Of a stretch of DNA of 64,000 bases, positions 42,268 to 51,972 are shown one piece after another. Location of the stretch: positions 15,672 through 79,671 of the forward strand of contig NZ_CANPWG010000054.1 in assembly GCF_947581915.1 (NCBI RefSeq). Reading direction: 5' to 3'. Source of the stretch: Candidatus Palauibacter scopulicola. GTDB lineage: Bacteria > Gemmatimonadota > Gemmatimonadetes > Palauibacterales > Palauibacteraceae. Numbering within the stretch: position 1 is the stretch's first letter; every line of letters begins with the position of its first letter. The notes under the pieces are model-generated. The model was not told where the DNA came from. It saw only the letters and a program-made list of their open reading frames with translations, and did not search any database. A program made the translations under genes and the position numbers.

Positions 42268-44586
42268 CTAGAGGCCGATGGAGCCTCCGAGACTGGATTG
42301 GGGGACGTCGAAGGCGTCGACGAGGGGGAGAGCCTGGGGGCGGATTTCGGCGCAGAGCGCGGTCACGGTGCGGCGGATGGCCTTGCTCTTGGGGGGATCC
42401 AGGTAGCCCTGCTCCAGGAACCACGCCGCCTCGCGCTCGATCGCGGCGAGCGCATAGAGGCAGCGCAGCCGCTCGAGCCACTCCGCGACGCCGGAACTCG
42501 GCGTCCGCCGCTCGGCGGCGGTCATCGAGCGCAGGATCTCGCACTCGACGTGGGCCCGTGCGGCCGTGAGCGCGTGGTGCTGGCAGTCCGTGAGCGCATC
42601 GAACGCGGTCATCCCGCGGGCGATCCGGTGCCGGACCCGCCGCGCGAGCGAAAGCACGAGGTCCGAGCGGCGGGCGTCGAGAATCGCGTCCTGGAAGCCG
42701 GGGTCGCGGAGGTGGGCTTCGCTCGTCTTCCGTGCGATGATCCAGTTGCGCTCGGCGATCGCGCGGCGGGCGCGGGCGGCGGCGAAGCGCGCGATCCCGA
42801 GCGCGCCGAGATCCCCGAACTGCTGGCGGAAGCCCGTGAGGAGATCCTTCGCCACGAGTTGCATGAGGACGGTGTTGTCGCCCTCGAAGGTCGTGAATAC
42901 GTCGCTGTCCGCCTTGAGCGCGGCGAACCGGTTGTGCGCGAGGTAGCCGCGCCCCCCGCACGACTCGCGGCATGCCTGGATGGTGTCCGTCGCGTGCCAC
43001 GTGGCGCAGGCCTTGAGCCCGGCCGCAGCCGCCTCCAGGCGTCGCCGCCGCGCCATATCCCCTGCCTCCGGTTCGCCGGAGCCCCCCGCCTCCGCCGTCA
43101 CGGCGGCCAGGTACTCGGCCTGCAGGTCGTGGAGGGCGAAGTTGAGCGCGTACGTCGTGGCGAGGCGCGGGAGGAGTCGCCGCTGGTGGGCGGGATAGTC
43201 GAGCAGGATGCGCTCGGCCTCGCCGGACGCACCGAACTGCCGGCGCCGCGCGCCGTACCGGACCGCGATCGTGAGGGCGACCTTCGTCGCGCTGAGCGCC
43301 GCGCTCCCCACGGCGACCCGGCCGCTGACGAGGGTGCCGAGCATGGTGAAGAAGCGGCGGGCCGGACTCGCGATCGGACTCCGATAGGCCCCGTCGTCGT
43401 CGATGGAGGCGAAGCGGTCGAGGAGGTTCCCGAGCGGCACGCGCACGCGATCGAAGTGGAGGCGTCCGTTGTCCACGCCGTTCAGGCCGAGCTTCTCCCC
43501 GCAGTCCTCGATCGTCACGCCGGGCAGCGGCTCCCCGTCTTCGCCGCGGATGGGGACGAGGATCGCGTGTACGCCGCGCCCTTCCCCCTCGACCTCGAGT
43601 TGCGCGAACACCGTGGCAAGCCGGCCGTCCCGCGCGGCGTTCCCGATGTAGTCCTTGCGCGCTCCCGGCACCGGGGTGTGGACGACGATCTCCTCCGTCC
43701 CGTGATCGTAGACCGCCGCCGTCTGAATGTCCTGGACGTTGGACCCGTGCAGCGTCTCGCTCATCGCGAAGCACCCCGGGAGCGCCAGCGTGCCCGCGTC
43801 CCTCAGGTATTTCTCGTGGTGTCGCCGGGACCCGAGCTGGTGAATGCTGCCGCCGAAGAGCCCGAACTGGACGCCGAACTTCGTGAGCAGGCTGAGGTCG
43901 AAGAAGGCGAGCGTCTCGAAGGTGGCGAGGAAGGCCGCCGGATCGTCCCCGCCCCCAAACTCCGCGGGATAGCTGAGGGCCCCGAGTCCCTCGTCGGCGA
44001 GCACCCGGCACCACTCTGAGACGCGTGCGCGGTAGTCGTCGGTCGAGAGGCCGGCGACCGTCTCGAACCGTCCGTCCGAGAGGAGCGCGCGCACACGTTG
44101 CCGGGTCTCCGGAGCGGGGCCGCCGAGGAAGCGCGCCATCGCGCCCGGGTCGAACCGCGGCTGGACGTCGGGTAGCGGCGCGATCGGGCGCACCGGGTCG
44201 AAGAGCGTCGCCACCGCGTCCGGACCGCCCAGACCCAGCGCCTCCTCGATGCGGAGGATGGCCGCGCGCTCCTCCCGCGTGGGGTGGGCGCCGTCGGCCT
44301 TCGCGATCGCGATGCCGAGTTCGGTGAGGGATCGCCTTCGCTCGGGCGAGATGTCCGCCGCCCGCCGCCGCACCTCATCGAGGAGGTGGAGGAGCCGCTC
44401 CGCCGACGGGGGCGCGTCGGGATCGAGCCACTCCGCGAGGGCTCCTTCGGCAACCCCCGCCTGGCGCAGGTGCCCGCGCAGCATGGCGAGTTCTTCGGCC
44501 GCGAGTTCCCCGTCGGCCCACGCGACATAGAGGAGAGGATGAAAGGCGAGCGACCCCGGCTCGGCAGTGGGCCCCGGACCCGCCAC
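42268..44586 (-). CDS. acyl-CoA dehydrogenase/oxidase family protein with an N-terminal TerB-like domain
   Basis: The N-terminus YVAWADGELAAEELAML...IAIAKADG is TerB-like. The core has CFAMSETLHGSNV, GEKLGLNGVDNG and GGRGY motifs. It has a GTG start. Confidence 0.8.
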   Translation of the reverse strand: MAGPGPTAEPGSLAFHPLLYVAWADGELAAEELAMLRGHLRQAGVAEGALAEWLDPDAPPSAERLLHLLDEVRRRAADISPERRRSLTELGIAIAKADGAHPTREERAAILRIEEALGLGGPDAVATLFDPVRPIAPLPDVQPRFDPGAMARFLGGPAPETRQRVRALLSDGRFETVAGLSTDDYRARVSEWCRVLADEGLGALSYPAEFGGGDDPAAFLATFETLAFFDLSLLTKFGVQFGLFGGSIHQLGSRRHHEKYLRDAGTLALPGCFAMSETLHGSNVQDIQTAAVYDHGTEEIVVHTPVPGARKDYIGNAARDGRLATVFAQLEVEGEGRGVHAILVPIRGEDGEPLPGVTIEDCGEKLGLNGVDNGRLHFDRVRVPLGNLLDRFASIDDDGAYRSPIASPARRFFTMLGTLVSGRVAVGSAALSATKVALTIAVRYGARRRQFGASGEAERILLDYPAHQRRLLPRLATTYALNFALHDLQAEYLAAVTAEAGGSGEPEAGDMARRRRLEAAAAGLKACATWHATDTIQACRESCGGRGYLAHNRFAALKADSDVFTTFEGDNTVLMQLVAKDLLTGFRQQFGDLGALGIARFAAARARRAIAERNWIIARKTSEAHLRDPGFQDAILDARRSDLVLSLARRVRHRIARGMTAFDALTDCQHHALTAARAHVECEILRSMTAAERRTPSSGVAEWLERLRCLYALAAIEREAAWFLEQGYLDPPKSKAIRRTVTALCAEIRPQALPLVDAFDVPQSSLGGSIGL

Positions 44587-44589
44587 GCC

Positions 44590-45045
44590 TCAGAGTCCCT
44601 CCGCCTCGAACCCGATCTCCTTGTGGGACCCGTCGCAGAACGGCTTGTTGCTCGACGCGCCGCAGCGGCAGAGCCAGGGCTGCCGGAAGACCGCGGACCC
44701 CTCGTGCCCTTCCCCGCTGATCTCCACGACGCCATCGAAGTGCAGCGGACCGTTCGCGTGCGCCGTGACGACCGCTTCCCCGGCCTCCTCGCCGGACGGC
44801 GCCCCAGACGCCGACTCCGATTCCGACGCCGCGCGGCTCGTGTCGATCGGCCCGGAGGCCCGGAACTCGATGTCGCGGTGCGCCCCGTCACAGAACGGCT
44901 TGTTCGCCGACTGCCCGCAGCGGCACAGCGCGGCCTTCGGCTTCGCGATCCCGTCTTCCGCTCCCGCCGTTAGAACGCGCAGCGGGCTCCGAACGAGCAG
45001 CGGGCCGTCGCCGCCGCAGTGAACGATGCATCCGTTTGCCGTCAT
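44590..45045 (-). CDS. CDGSH iron-sulfur domain protein (two CDGSH motifs)
   Basis: The motifs CRCGQSANKPFCDGAH and CRCGASSNKPFCDGSH are both present. Confidence 0.85.
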   Translation of the reverse strand: MTANGCIVHCGGDGPLLVRSPLRVLTAGAEDGIAKPKAALCRCGQSANKPFCDGAHRDIEFRASGPIDTSRAASESESASGAPSGEEAGEAVVTAHANGPLHFDGVVEISGEGHEGSAVFRQPWLCRCGASSNKPFCDGSHKEIGFEAEGL

Positions 45046-45073
45046 CCGATCTCCGTCGCTGTTGGGTCCACCT

Positions 45074-47476
45074 TCAGGGGACGAGTTCGGTTCGCCTCGG
45101 TTTGAGGAGGAATACGCCCTCGAGCATGCTCGTCACGAGCACGGTCCCGCTCTCGAAGTAGGGGAACGCGGTCCATGCCCCGTTGAAGCCGGGAGGATCG
45201 GCCCCGTACGGCGTGGTGTCGAAGTGCCCGACCTCCCGCAGGTTCTCGGGGTCGCTGATGTCGATGACGCGGAAGCCGGCCTGGTAGTTGGCCTGGTACA
45301 TCCGGTCGCCCTTCACGTAGAGGTTGTGGTCCGTCGCGTTGTTCGGTCCGTAGTAGTCCGCGATCACGACGGGGTCATCAAGGTCGGTCACATCCCACAC
45401 GATTGTCTTCGTCCGGTCCGTGGTGCCGACGAGTTCGTCGAGTTCGTCGTCGAGGAAAAAGTAGCGCCGGTCGTCGCTCAGCCACCCCTGGTGAATGTAC
45501 GCGACGCCGGGGTACGCGGCGGCCGAGATCGGGCGCGGGTTCGCCTTGTCCGTGACGTCGACGATCCGGAGCGCGGTCTCGTTCGATGCGAAGCACAGCT
45601 CCCGGCCCCGGTAGTCCGTGTCGGGCCCGTCGTACACGAGGCACTGCGCGTCGTGCGTCCGCCCCTGGAAGATGAGCCCCTCGGTGTCCGTGTAGCAGCC
45701 GGCGAACTCGGGCGCCAGCGGCTGGCTGATGTCGATCATCACGAGGCCGCCGCCGCAGGTGTGCCCATCCCCGCTCGTGGAGACGGTGAAGGCGGTGCCC
45801 GCGCCGGTGTCGATGATGAGGTTGTGGGCGCTGCCGATTTCGTCCCAGCGGAGGTCGGGCGCGAACTCCACGGGGGGATTCGCCACGTCGCGCAGGCGGG
45901 TGAGGTCGAAGACGACGAGGCCGTGGGCGCCGGCCCCGTCCCCCGTGAAGAAGAGGTGGTCGGCGTAGACCTTGAGGTCGCGGGCGCCGCTGCGGTTCGC
46001 AGGGATGACGCCGAGATACACGGGGTTGACGGCGTCAGTGACGTCCACGATCGCGGCCCCGCCCGAACGGCCGACGAGGCCGTACTCGCGGCCCGTCTCG
46101 GGGTCCGTCCAGCCCCACGCGTCGCTCACGCGCTCCCCGGGTTCGGCGCCGATCGAGGCGAGCGGCAGATACGCTTGAAGGTCCACATCCGCGCAGTCGA
46201 AGCCGGCCGCGCGGTCGTCCTCGCAGCGCACCTCGGCCGACGTCACGGCGACGGGCGGTGTCCCGGGCCGCAGCCAGACCGGCCCCGACCAGGCGCCGTC
46301 CTCCGCCGCCTCGTAGACGGCCGCAAGCCCCGCGCTGCCCTCGGATTCCGGGCTGCCGACCACGGCAAGGCCGGGGCGAAGGGCGAGGGCCGCACCGAAG
46401 CCGGCCACGAGGCCCGTCTCCCGGGGCGCGAACGCGTGCGCGGCGCGCCATTCGTCGCCCGCATCCGCGCGGGTGAAGGCGTCCACCCGGCCCCGGCCGT
46501 CGTCCGCGCCGGGCGCCCCGACGATGAGTTCGTCCGCGGCGGCGGCGAGCGCGGTCCCGAAGCGCTGGCCGGGCCCCGGGTCCCCGGGCCGCAGTGTCGC
46601 CGTCTCGGCCCAGCCGCCCCCCGCCCCGCGGGCGAAGAGCACCACGCGGCCGACCGACCCATCCGCGGAGGGCGCGCCCACGGCGAGTTCGTCGTCCCCG
46701 GTGAAGAGCACGCTGGAGCCCAGCCCGGCGCCCCCGCTCAGCGCGGGCGCCTCGAGCGCCGCCTCACGAGTCCACCCCCCGCCGGCCCCGCGCACGAACA
46801 CGTACACGGTGCCCGAACCTCCCTGCCCCGGCGCCCCGACCGCCGCGAGCCCGCCGCGGATCGCCAGCGCCGCCCCGAACCGGGCGTTCGCCCGCAGGTC
46901 TCCGGCCTCCAGCGTGCCCGCGTCGCTCCACGCGCCGTCCGCCCCGCGCGCGTAGACCCGCACCTCGGTGCCGGCGCCCTGCCCGCCCGGCGCCGAGACG
47001 AGCGCCACATCCCCGTCCGCCGCGACGACGCGCGCCGGCGGCTGCAGGATCGCCATCACCCTGCCCATGCTCATCTCTTCGGGGGCCGCGGCGGCTTCGT
47101 CCCGCAGCGGCAGGGCACCCGACTCCGCCCAGGCCCCGTCCGCCCCGCGCGCGAACCCGTACGCGCCGATCATCACCTGCGGATCCCCGCTCGCCGCGAG
47201 GAATCCGCCCTCCACCGGCGCCAGCGTGCGGCCGAACGACTCCCCGAGCAGCGAGCCCGCCGACCACACCTCCTGGATCTGCGACCAGCCGGAGTCGCCC
47301 TTCCCGAACACGAGCACCGAGGCGGCCCCCCGGCCGAACTCCGGCTTGAGGACGAGGATCTCGTCCGCCGCCGGCGCCCATACCGCCGCCCCGAACCCAT
47401 CCTGCCCCGCCACCGGTACGGTCGCGGCGCACGCGAGCAGCGCAACCACTGCGAGGTGTCGCGAGCGAGCCATCAT
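45074..47476 (-). CDS. secreted beta-propeller protein: FG-GAP-like repeats plus a choice-of-anchor-B/LVIVD-like region
   Basis: It has a signal peptide and an N-terminal half with repeated FG..LA...(GAP) units. The C-terminal half has repeated IVDVTD, VFDLT, MIDIS, VWDVTD and VIDISD strands. Its ATG overlaps the trpA stop. Confidence 0.75.
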   Translation of the reverse strand: MMARSRHLAVVALLACAATVPVAGQDGFGAAVWAPAADEILVLKPEFGRGAASVLVFGKGDSGWSQIQEVWSAGSLLGESFGRTLAPVEGGFLAASGDPQVMIGAYGFARGADGAWAESGALPLRDEAAAAPEEMSMGRVMAILQPPARVVAADGDVALVSAPGGQGAGTEVRVYARGADGAWSDAGTLEAGDLRANARFGAALAIRGGLAAVGAPGQGGSGTVYVFVRGAGGGWTREAALEAPALSGGAGLGSSVLFTGDDELAVGAPSADGSVGRVVLFARGAGGGWAETATLRPGDPGPGQRFGTALAAAADELIVGAPGADDGRGRVDAFTRADAGDEWRAAHAFAPRETGLVAGFGAALALRPGLAVVGSPESEGSAGLAAVYEAAEDGAWSGPVWLRPGTPPVAVTSAEVRCEDDRAAGFDCADVDLQAYLPLASIGAEPGERVSDAWGWTDPETGREYGLVGRSGGAAIVDVTDAVNPVYLGVIPANRSGARDLKVYADHLFFTGDGAGAHGLVVFDLTRLRDVANPPVEFAPDLRWDEIGSAHNLIIDTGAGTAFTVSTSGDGHTCGGGLVMIDISQPLAPEFAGCYTDTEGLIFQGRTHDAQCLVYDGPDTDYRGRELCFASNETALRIVDVTDKANPRPISAAAYPGVAYIHQGWLSDDRRYFFLDDELDELVGTTDRTKTIVWDVTDLDDPVVIADYYGPNNATDHNLYVKGDRMYQANYQAGFRVIDISDPENLREVGHFDTTPYGADPPGFNGAWTAFPYFESGTVLVTSMLEGVFLLKPRRTELVP

Positions 47477-48297
47477 TCTGCCTTCCTCCAGGAATCGTTC
47501 TCGTGTACGGCGGCGGCGAGGGCGGCGGACAGCTCCGCGAAGGCGGTCTCGCCGCGGCCCAAAGCTGCGATGAGCGCGGATCCGACGACGACCCCGTCGG
47601 CCATGCCCGCGACCGCGGCGGCCTGCTCCGGCGTCGAGATCCCGAACCCCACCGCCACCGGCAGCCGCACCATCTTCCGGAGCCCTCTCACCTGGTCCTC
47701 AAGCGAGGCGTCGAGCGCCTTCCGCGCGCCCGTGACGCCGAGGCGGGAAATGTAGTACAGGAACCCCGAGGCGTGGCCGAGGATCGTCTCGAGGCGGGCC
47801 CGCGGCGTGGTGGGGGCCGCGAGCGGGATGAGGTCGAGCGACCCGGCGGCCAGCCGCCGCTCCAGCGCCGGGTGCGAACCCACGGGGAGGTCGGTGACGA
47901 GGAGTCCCGCAGCCCCCGCGGCCTCCGCCCGCGCCAGGAAGCGCTCCACTCCCATGCGAAGAATCGGATTCAGGTAGGAGAAGACGACGACCGGCGGCAG
48001 ATCGGCCGAGATCCCGGCCAGCTGGTCGAGCGTGGACTCGACCGTGACGCCCTGCTCCAGCGCCCGCCAGCTCGCGGCCTGGATCGTGGGCCCGTCCGCG
48101 AGCGGGTCGCTGAACGGGATCCCGAGTTCGATGATGTCCGCGCCGTCCGCCGCCAGCCGCTCCAGCAGTCGCGGCGTGTCCCCCGGTCCCGGAAACCCGC
48201 TGGACAGAAAGGGGATGAACGCCGCCCCCGCTTCCCGCCCCTCGAACGCGCCCCCGATGCGCGATCCGGCGCGGGCGACGGGGGCCGTGGCGGGCAT
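47473..48297 (-). CDS. trpA: tryptophan synthase alpha chain
   Basis: It has IELGIPFSDPLADGPTIQ, YYISRLGVTG and GFGIS. Start at MPATAPV (ATG 48297). Confidence 0.9.
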   Translation of the reverse strand: MPATAPVARAGSRIGGAFEGREAGAAFIPFLSSGFPGPGDTPRLLERLAADGADIIELGIPFSDPLADGPTIQAASWRALEQGVTVESTLDQLAGISADLPPVVVFSYLNPILRMGVERFLARAEAAGAAGLLVTDLPVGSHPALERRLAAGSLDLIPLAAPTTPRARLETILGHASGFLYYISRLGVTGARKALDASLEDQVRGLRKMVRLPVAVGFGISTPEQAAAVAGMADGVVVGSALIAALGRGETAFAELSAALAAAVHENDSWRKAE

Positions 48298-48314
48298 GGC
48301 GCCGCGGGGAACGC

Positions 48315-50402
48315 TCAAGAGCCGTTGTCCTCCGCGTCCTCTGCACCCTCCGCGTCCTCCGCGTCCTCCTCCGTCGTCACGGCCGGCCGGTGCGTCCCCC
48401 ACTGCTCGAACCACTTCCTCAGGTAGAGCTGCGTGCGCAGGAAGTTCGACGGGCGCGAACTCGTCCCGTGCCACTCCCCCTGGAAGCGCACCATGACCGT
48501 CGGCACGCCCTCGTAGTGCAGCGCCTGGTAGAACTCCTCCGTCTGACCCATCGGCGTCCGCAGATCCATCTCCCCCGTCATCAGCATCGTCGGCGTCGTC
48601 ACGTTCCCGACGTAGAAGATCGAAGACCGGTCCATCCACTCCTCCGGGTCCTCCCAGAAAGGCTGCTCGAAGGTGCGCAGATAGGCGATGGCGTCCGACG
48701 TCCCCATCGCCGACATCCAGTTCACGATGGGACAGTTCGCCGAGGCGGCCCGGAAGCGGTCCGTGTTCCCGACGATGTACGAGGTGAGGATGCCGCCGCC
48801 CGAGCACCCGTACACGAACAGGTTGTCCTCGTCCACGTAGCCGCGCCGCAGCATCTCGTCGACCCCGCCCATGAGGTCGGGAAAGTCCGCGCCCGGATAG
48901 TCGTGGTTGATCGCGTTCGCGAACTCCGTCCCGTATCCCGTGCTTCCCCGCGGGTTCGTATAGAGGACGACGTAGTCGTTCGAGGCGTGTTCCTGGAAGG
49001 CGAAGTTGAACCCGCCGTTGTACATCGCGTGCGGCCCGCCGTGGATCGCGAGCATCAGCGGATACTCGCGGTTCGGGTCGAAGTCGGGCGGCTTCACGAT
49101 CCAGCCCTGGATCCGGAAGCCGTCCGTCGACTCGTACCAGACCTCCTCCACCTCGCCGAGAGTCACGCCGTGGAGCACGTCCGCGTTGACCTCCGTGAGG
49201 CGGGTGGTCCGGCCCGGGTCCGACAGGGAGAAGCGGTAGAGGTCGCCGGGCTCGTGGTCCGTGGAGATCGTGCCGACCGCCGTGCCGTCGTCCGAGAAGG
49301 AGGTGAGGGAGAAGAGATGCGCCCCCTCCGTAAGCTGCGTGACGCCGCCGTCGACGGAGACGAAGTGGAGCTGCCGGTACCCTTCCCGGTTCACGTTGAA
49401 GTAGAGGCCGCTCCCGTCGGGCGCCCACTGGAAGCCGCCGGACTGCCGGTCATAGTCCCCGGAGATGAGCCGCGAGCCGGATCCGTCCCGGTTCATGACG
49501 TGGATTCTGCCGTTCCGGTAGGTGTCGCGGTGCTCGTCCCCGGCGCTGTACGCGATGAGGCGGCCGTCGGGCGAGGGAACGGGGCCCGCGTCGGAGCCGC
49601 GCCGGTCGGTGAGCTGGCGAATCTCGCCGGAGGCCACGGAGACCGCGTAGATCTCCGACTCCTGCCAGTGCTCGGGCCGGTCCCAGTCGGGGACGCGGTA
49701 CGAGGAGAAGTAGATCTCGGTCCCGTCGGGGCTCCAGGCGATCCCGCCGTGGTTCCAGTCCCCCGTCGTGAGCTGGCGGGCGGAGCCCCCGTCGGCGGGG
49801 ACGACGAACACGTGCGTCCAGCCGGTGTCGACGTACCCCTGGCGGTCGCGCTTGTAGCCGGCGCGCTCCACGATCTTCGGGCCCGTGGTCCACGTCGCCC
49901 CATCCGGCCGCGACGGAAGATCGACGCCGGCGAAGTCCGCGCGGTCGTTCACCCGGCTCGTGAAGGCGATCCACTCTCCGTCGGGCGACCAGAGGGGCGA
50001 GGAGGGGCCGTTCTCGAGGCGCGTGACCTGTGTCGTGGCGCCCTCCTCATCCATCCAGCGCACGAAGATCTGGCTCCCGGAGGGCTCGCCCGCCGCCGTG
50101 TACAGGATGCGCGTGCCGTCGGGCGACCAGCGCGCCCCGCCGCCCTCGAGGAGCGCCCGCTTCCGGCTGCCGTCCGCGTTCATCATGTAGAGGGACGACT
50201 CGCGGCGGTCGTTGACCTTGTCCACCCACCCGCGGGTGTAAACGATCCTCGACCCGTCCGGCGAGATCCGGGGGTTGGAGACCGACTCCATGTCCATGTA
50301 GTGGTCGAGGGACAGCCGGCGGGTCTGGGCCGCCGCGTCCGCGGCGAGCGCTCCGGCGGCGATGGCTGTCAGCAGGACGGCGCTTCCGAACTTCGTCTTC
50401 AT
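48315..50402 (-). CDS. S9 family serine peptidase with an N-terminal TolB-like propeller
   Basis: The propeller repeats are of the SPDGSRIVY type. The catalytic elbow is GCSGGG, with a C-terminal GEWHG. Confidence 0.9.
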   Translation of the reverse strand: MKTKFGSAVLLTAIAAGALAADAAAQTRRLSLDHYMDMESVSNPRISPDGSRIVYTRGWVDKVNDRRESSLYMMNADGSRKRALLEGGGARWSPDGTRILYTAAGEPSGSQIFVRWMDEEGATTQVTRLENGPSSPLWSPDGEWIAFTSRVNDRADFAGVDLPSRPDGATWTTGPKIVERAGYKRDRQGYVDTGWTHVFVVPADGGSARQLTTGDWNHGGIAWSPDGTEIYFSSYRVPDWDRPEHWQESEIYAVSVASGEIRQLTDRRGSDAGPVPSPDGRLIAYSAGDEHRDTYRNGRIHVMNRDGSGSRLISGDYDRQSGGFQWAPDGSGLYFNVNREGYRQLHFVSVDGGVTQLTEGAHLFSLTSFSDDGTAVGTISTDHEPGDLYRFSLSDPGRTTRLTEVNADVLHGVTLGEVEEVWYESTDGFRIQGWIVKPPDFDPNREYPLMLAIHGGPHAMYNGGFNFAFQEHASNDYVVLYTNPRGSTGYGTEFANAINHDYPGADFPDLMGGVDEMLRRGYVDEDNLFVYGCSGGGILTSYIVGNTDRFRAASANCPIVNWMSAMGTSDAIAYLRTFEQPFWEDPEEWMDRSSIFYVGNVTTPTMLMTGEMDLRTPMGQTEEFYQALHYEGVPTVMVRFQGEWHGTSSRPSNFLRTQLYLRKWFEQWGTHRPAVTTEEDAEDAEGAEDAEDNGS

Positions 50403-50501
50403 CCTTCGCTCCTTCGGCTTCTTGGGCGGCCCGTGGTCAGACCTGGAATTATCGGAGATGAGCCGAGCGGCGGCCAGCCGGAAGCCGACGGTAGAGGTCG
50501 G

Positions 50502-50774
50502 TCAGAGCGGACGGTAGACGGTTCCGCGGTGTGCGACGCGTACGACGAGAACGACGAGCGTCGCGTCCTGCACCTCGTACACCACGCGGTAGCCGCCGAC
50601 CCGGATGCGCCGAAGCCCGCGCAGGCCTCCCTTCAGGGAACTGCCCGCGTGGGGATGCTCCGCCAGTCCGTCGATGGCGTCCACGATGCGCACGCGGTCG
50701 TGCTTCGGAATCCGGCCAAGCGCCTTGACCGCGCTCCGCTTAATCCGAACGGAGTAGGCCACCCCTGACCTCAT
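50502..50774 (-). CDS. RelE/ParE family toxin
   Basis: YSVRIKRSAVKALGRIP...LRRIRVGGYRVVYEVQDATLVVLVVRVAHR is the RelE/ParE pattern. The start is ATG 50774 or GTG 50762. Confidence 0.8.
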   Translation of the reverse strand: MRSGVAYSVRIKRSAVKALGRIPKHDRVRIVDAIDGLAEHPHAGSSLKGGLRGLRRIRVGGYRVVYEVQDATLVVLVVRVAHRGTVYRPL

Positions 50775-50961
50775 CCCAGTCGAGTACCGGGTCGCTGGGG
50801 TCACGCAACCGCTCCACGGCAGCCGTCAGGTCATCGAAGTCTTCCAGATATCGCTCCAGGGCCTGGCGAACCACGTCGGCCCGGCTGCGCCTCAGCGTTG
50901 ACGCCGCGGCATCCAGCGCTTCGACCATCTCGTGCGGGACGCGCGCGGTGATCTGATCCAT
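50740..50961 (-). CDS. ribbon-helix-helix (CopG-like) antitoxin
   Basis: MDQITARVPHEMVEALDAAASTLRRSRADVVRQALERYLE is an RHH fold pattern. It overlaps the toxin start. Confidence 0.7.
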   Translation of the reverse strand: MDQITARVPHEMVEALDAAASTLRRSRADVVRQALERYLEDFDDLTAAVERLRDPSDPVLDWDEVRGGLLRSD

Positions 50962-51000
50962 GGTGCTGGTCTCTCCGATGTCTCTCACGTACATCGATGC

Positions 51001-51041
51001 AATGTCAATGAATGTCACTGCAGTCATAGTAATGTCACTGC
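51001..51041. promoter_or_regulatory. phased direct repeats upstream of the RHH antitoxin, candidate operator
   Basis: AATGTCA occurs at 51001, 51011 and 51031. The extended AATGTCACTGC occurs at 51011-51021 and 51031-51041. Spacings are 10 and 20 bp. Confidence 0.4.
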
Positions 51042-51065
51042 CGCATCCCCGGCAAGGAGACGACG

Positions 51066-51962
51066 CTAGAGGATTGCGGCGCCGAGGGCGGAGGCGACGA
51101 GGCCGACTCCGAGTTCGGCGGTCTGGTTGCGGTGGTCGAGGATGGGGTTGAGCTCGACGAGTTCGAGGCTCAGCAGCTTTCCCGAGTGCGCGGCCTTCTC
51201 GCACACCAGGTGCCCTTCGCGGTAGGTAAGGCCGCCGCGCACCGGCGTCCCCACGCCGGGGGCGATCCGCGGGTCGAGCGCGTCGACGTCGAACGAGAGG
51301 TGGAACCCGGACGTGCCGGCGCCGGCGCGCTCCACGGCCTCGTCCATGCAGGCCCCCACGCCGCGCTCGTCGATCTCCGACATCGTGAACACGCGGACGC
51401 CGAGCTCCCGGACGAGCCGCTTTTCGCCGGCGTCCAGCGACCGCGCGCCCAGGACGCTCACGTTTTCGGGCGCGACGCTCGCCGCGCCGCGGGTCAGTTG
51501 CGGCTCCCCGTGCCCCAGCAGCACCGCGAGCGACATCCCGTGGATGTTGCCGGTGGGCGTGGTGCCGGGGCGGTTCATGTCGGCGTGGGCGTCCACCCAG
51601 ATGACGCCGATGGACGCCCCCCGGGACCGGTGGTGGTCGGCGACCGCCGCCACCGATCCGATCGAGAGCGAATGGTCTCCGCCGAGCACGAGCGGCGTGC
51701 AGCCCCGGGCCAACCCTTCGCGCGCGAGCCTCCGCGTCTCCTCCGCGACGTGGACGATCTCGTCCAGAAAGCGCAACTCGTGCTCGCCTGCGTCGGTGGT
51801 CTCCAGCCCGCCGGCCGTCACGGTGCCCAGTTCGACGATGCGGTGGCCGATGGCTTCGATCTCCCGGCTGATCCCGGCGATGCGCAGAGCGGAAGGACCC
51901 ATGTCCACGCCCCGGCGTCCGGCGCCGAGGTCGATGGAGACGGAGATCAGCGCGATGTCCAC
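51066..51962 (-). CDS. rocF: arginase
   Basis: The ureohydrolase Mn-binding motifs are present: LGGDHS, VWVDAHADMN and SFDVDALDP. Confidence 0.9.
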   Translation of the reverse strand: MDIALISVSIDLGAGRRGVDMGPSALRIAGISREIEAIGHRIVELGTVTAGGLETTDAGEHELRFLDEIVHVAEETRRLAREGLARGCTPLVLGGDHSLSIGSVAAVADHHRSRGASIGVIWVDAHADMNRPGTTPTGNIHGMSLAVLLGHGEPQLTRGAASVAPENVSVLGARSLDAGEKRLVRELGVRVFTMSEIDERGVGACMDEAVERAGAGTSGFHLSFDVDALDPRIAPGVGTPVRGGLTYREGHLVCEKAAHSGKLLSLELVELNPILDHRNQTAELGVGLVASALGAAIL

Positions 51963-51972
51963 CGGGCCGCGA

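Noticed and set aside
45026-50768. 909-aa (45026..47755) and 792-aa (48390..50768) plus-strand ORFs.
   Set aside because: They are antisense shadows of the choice-of-anchor-B-like protein, trpA and the S9 peptidase, all of which have recognisable motifs on the minus strand.
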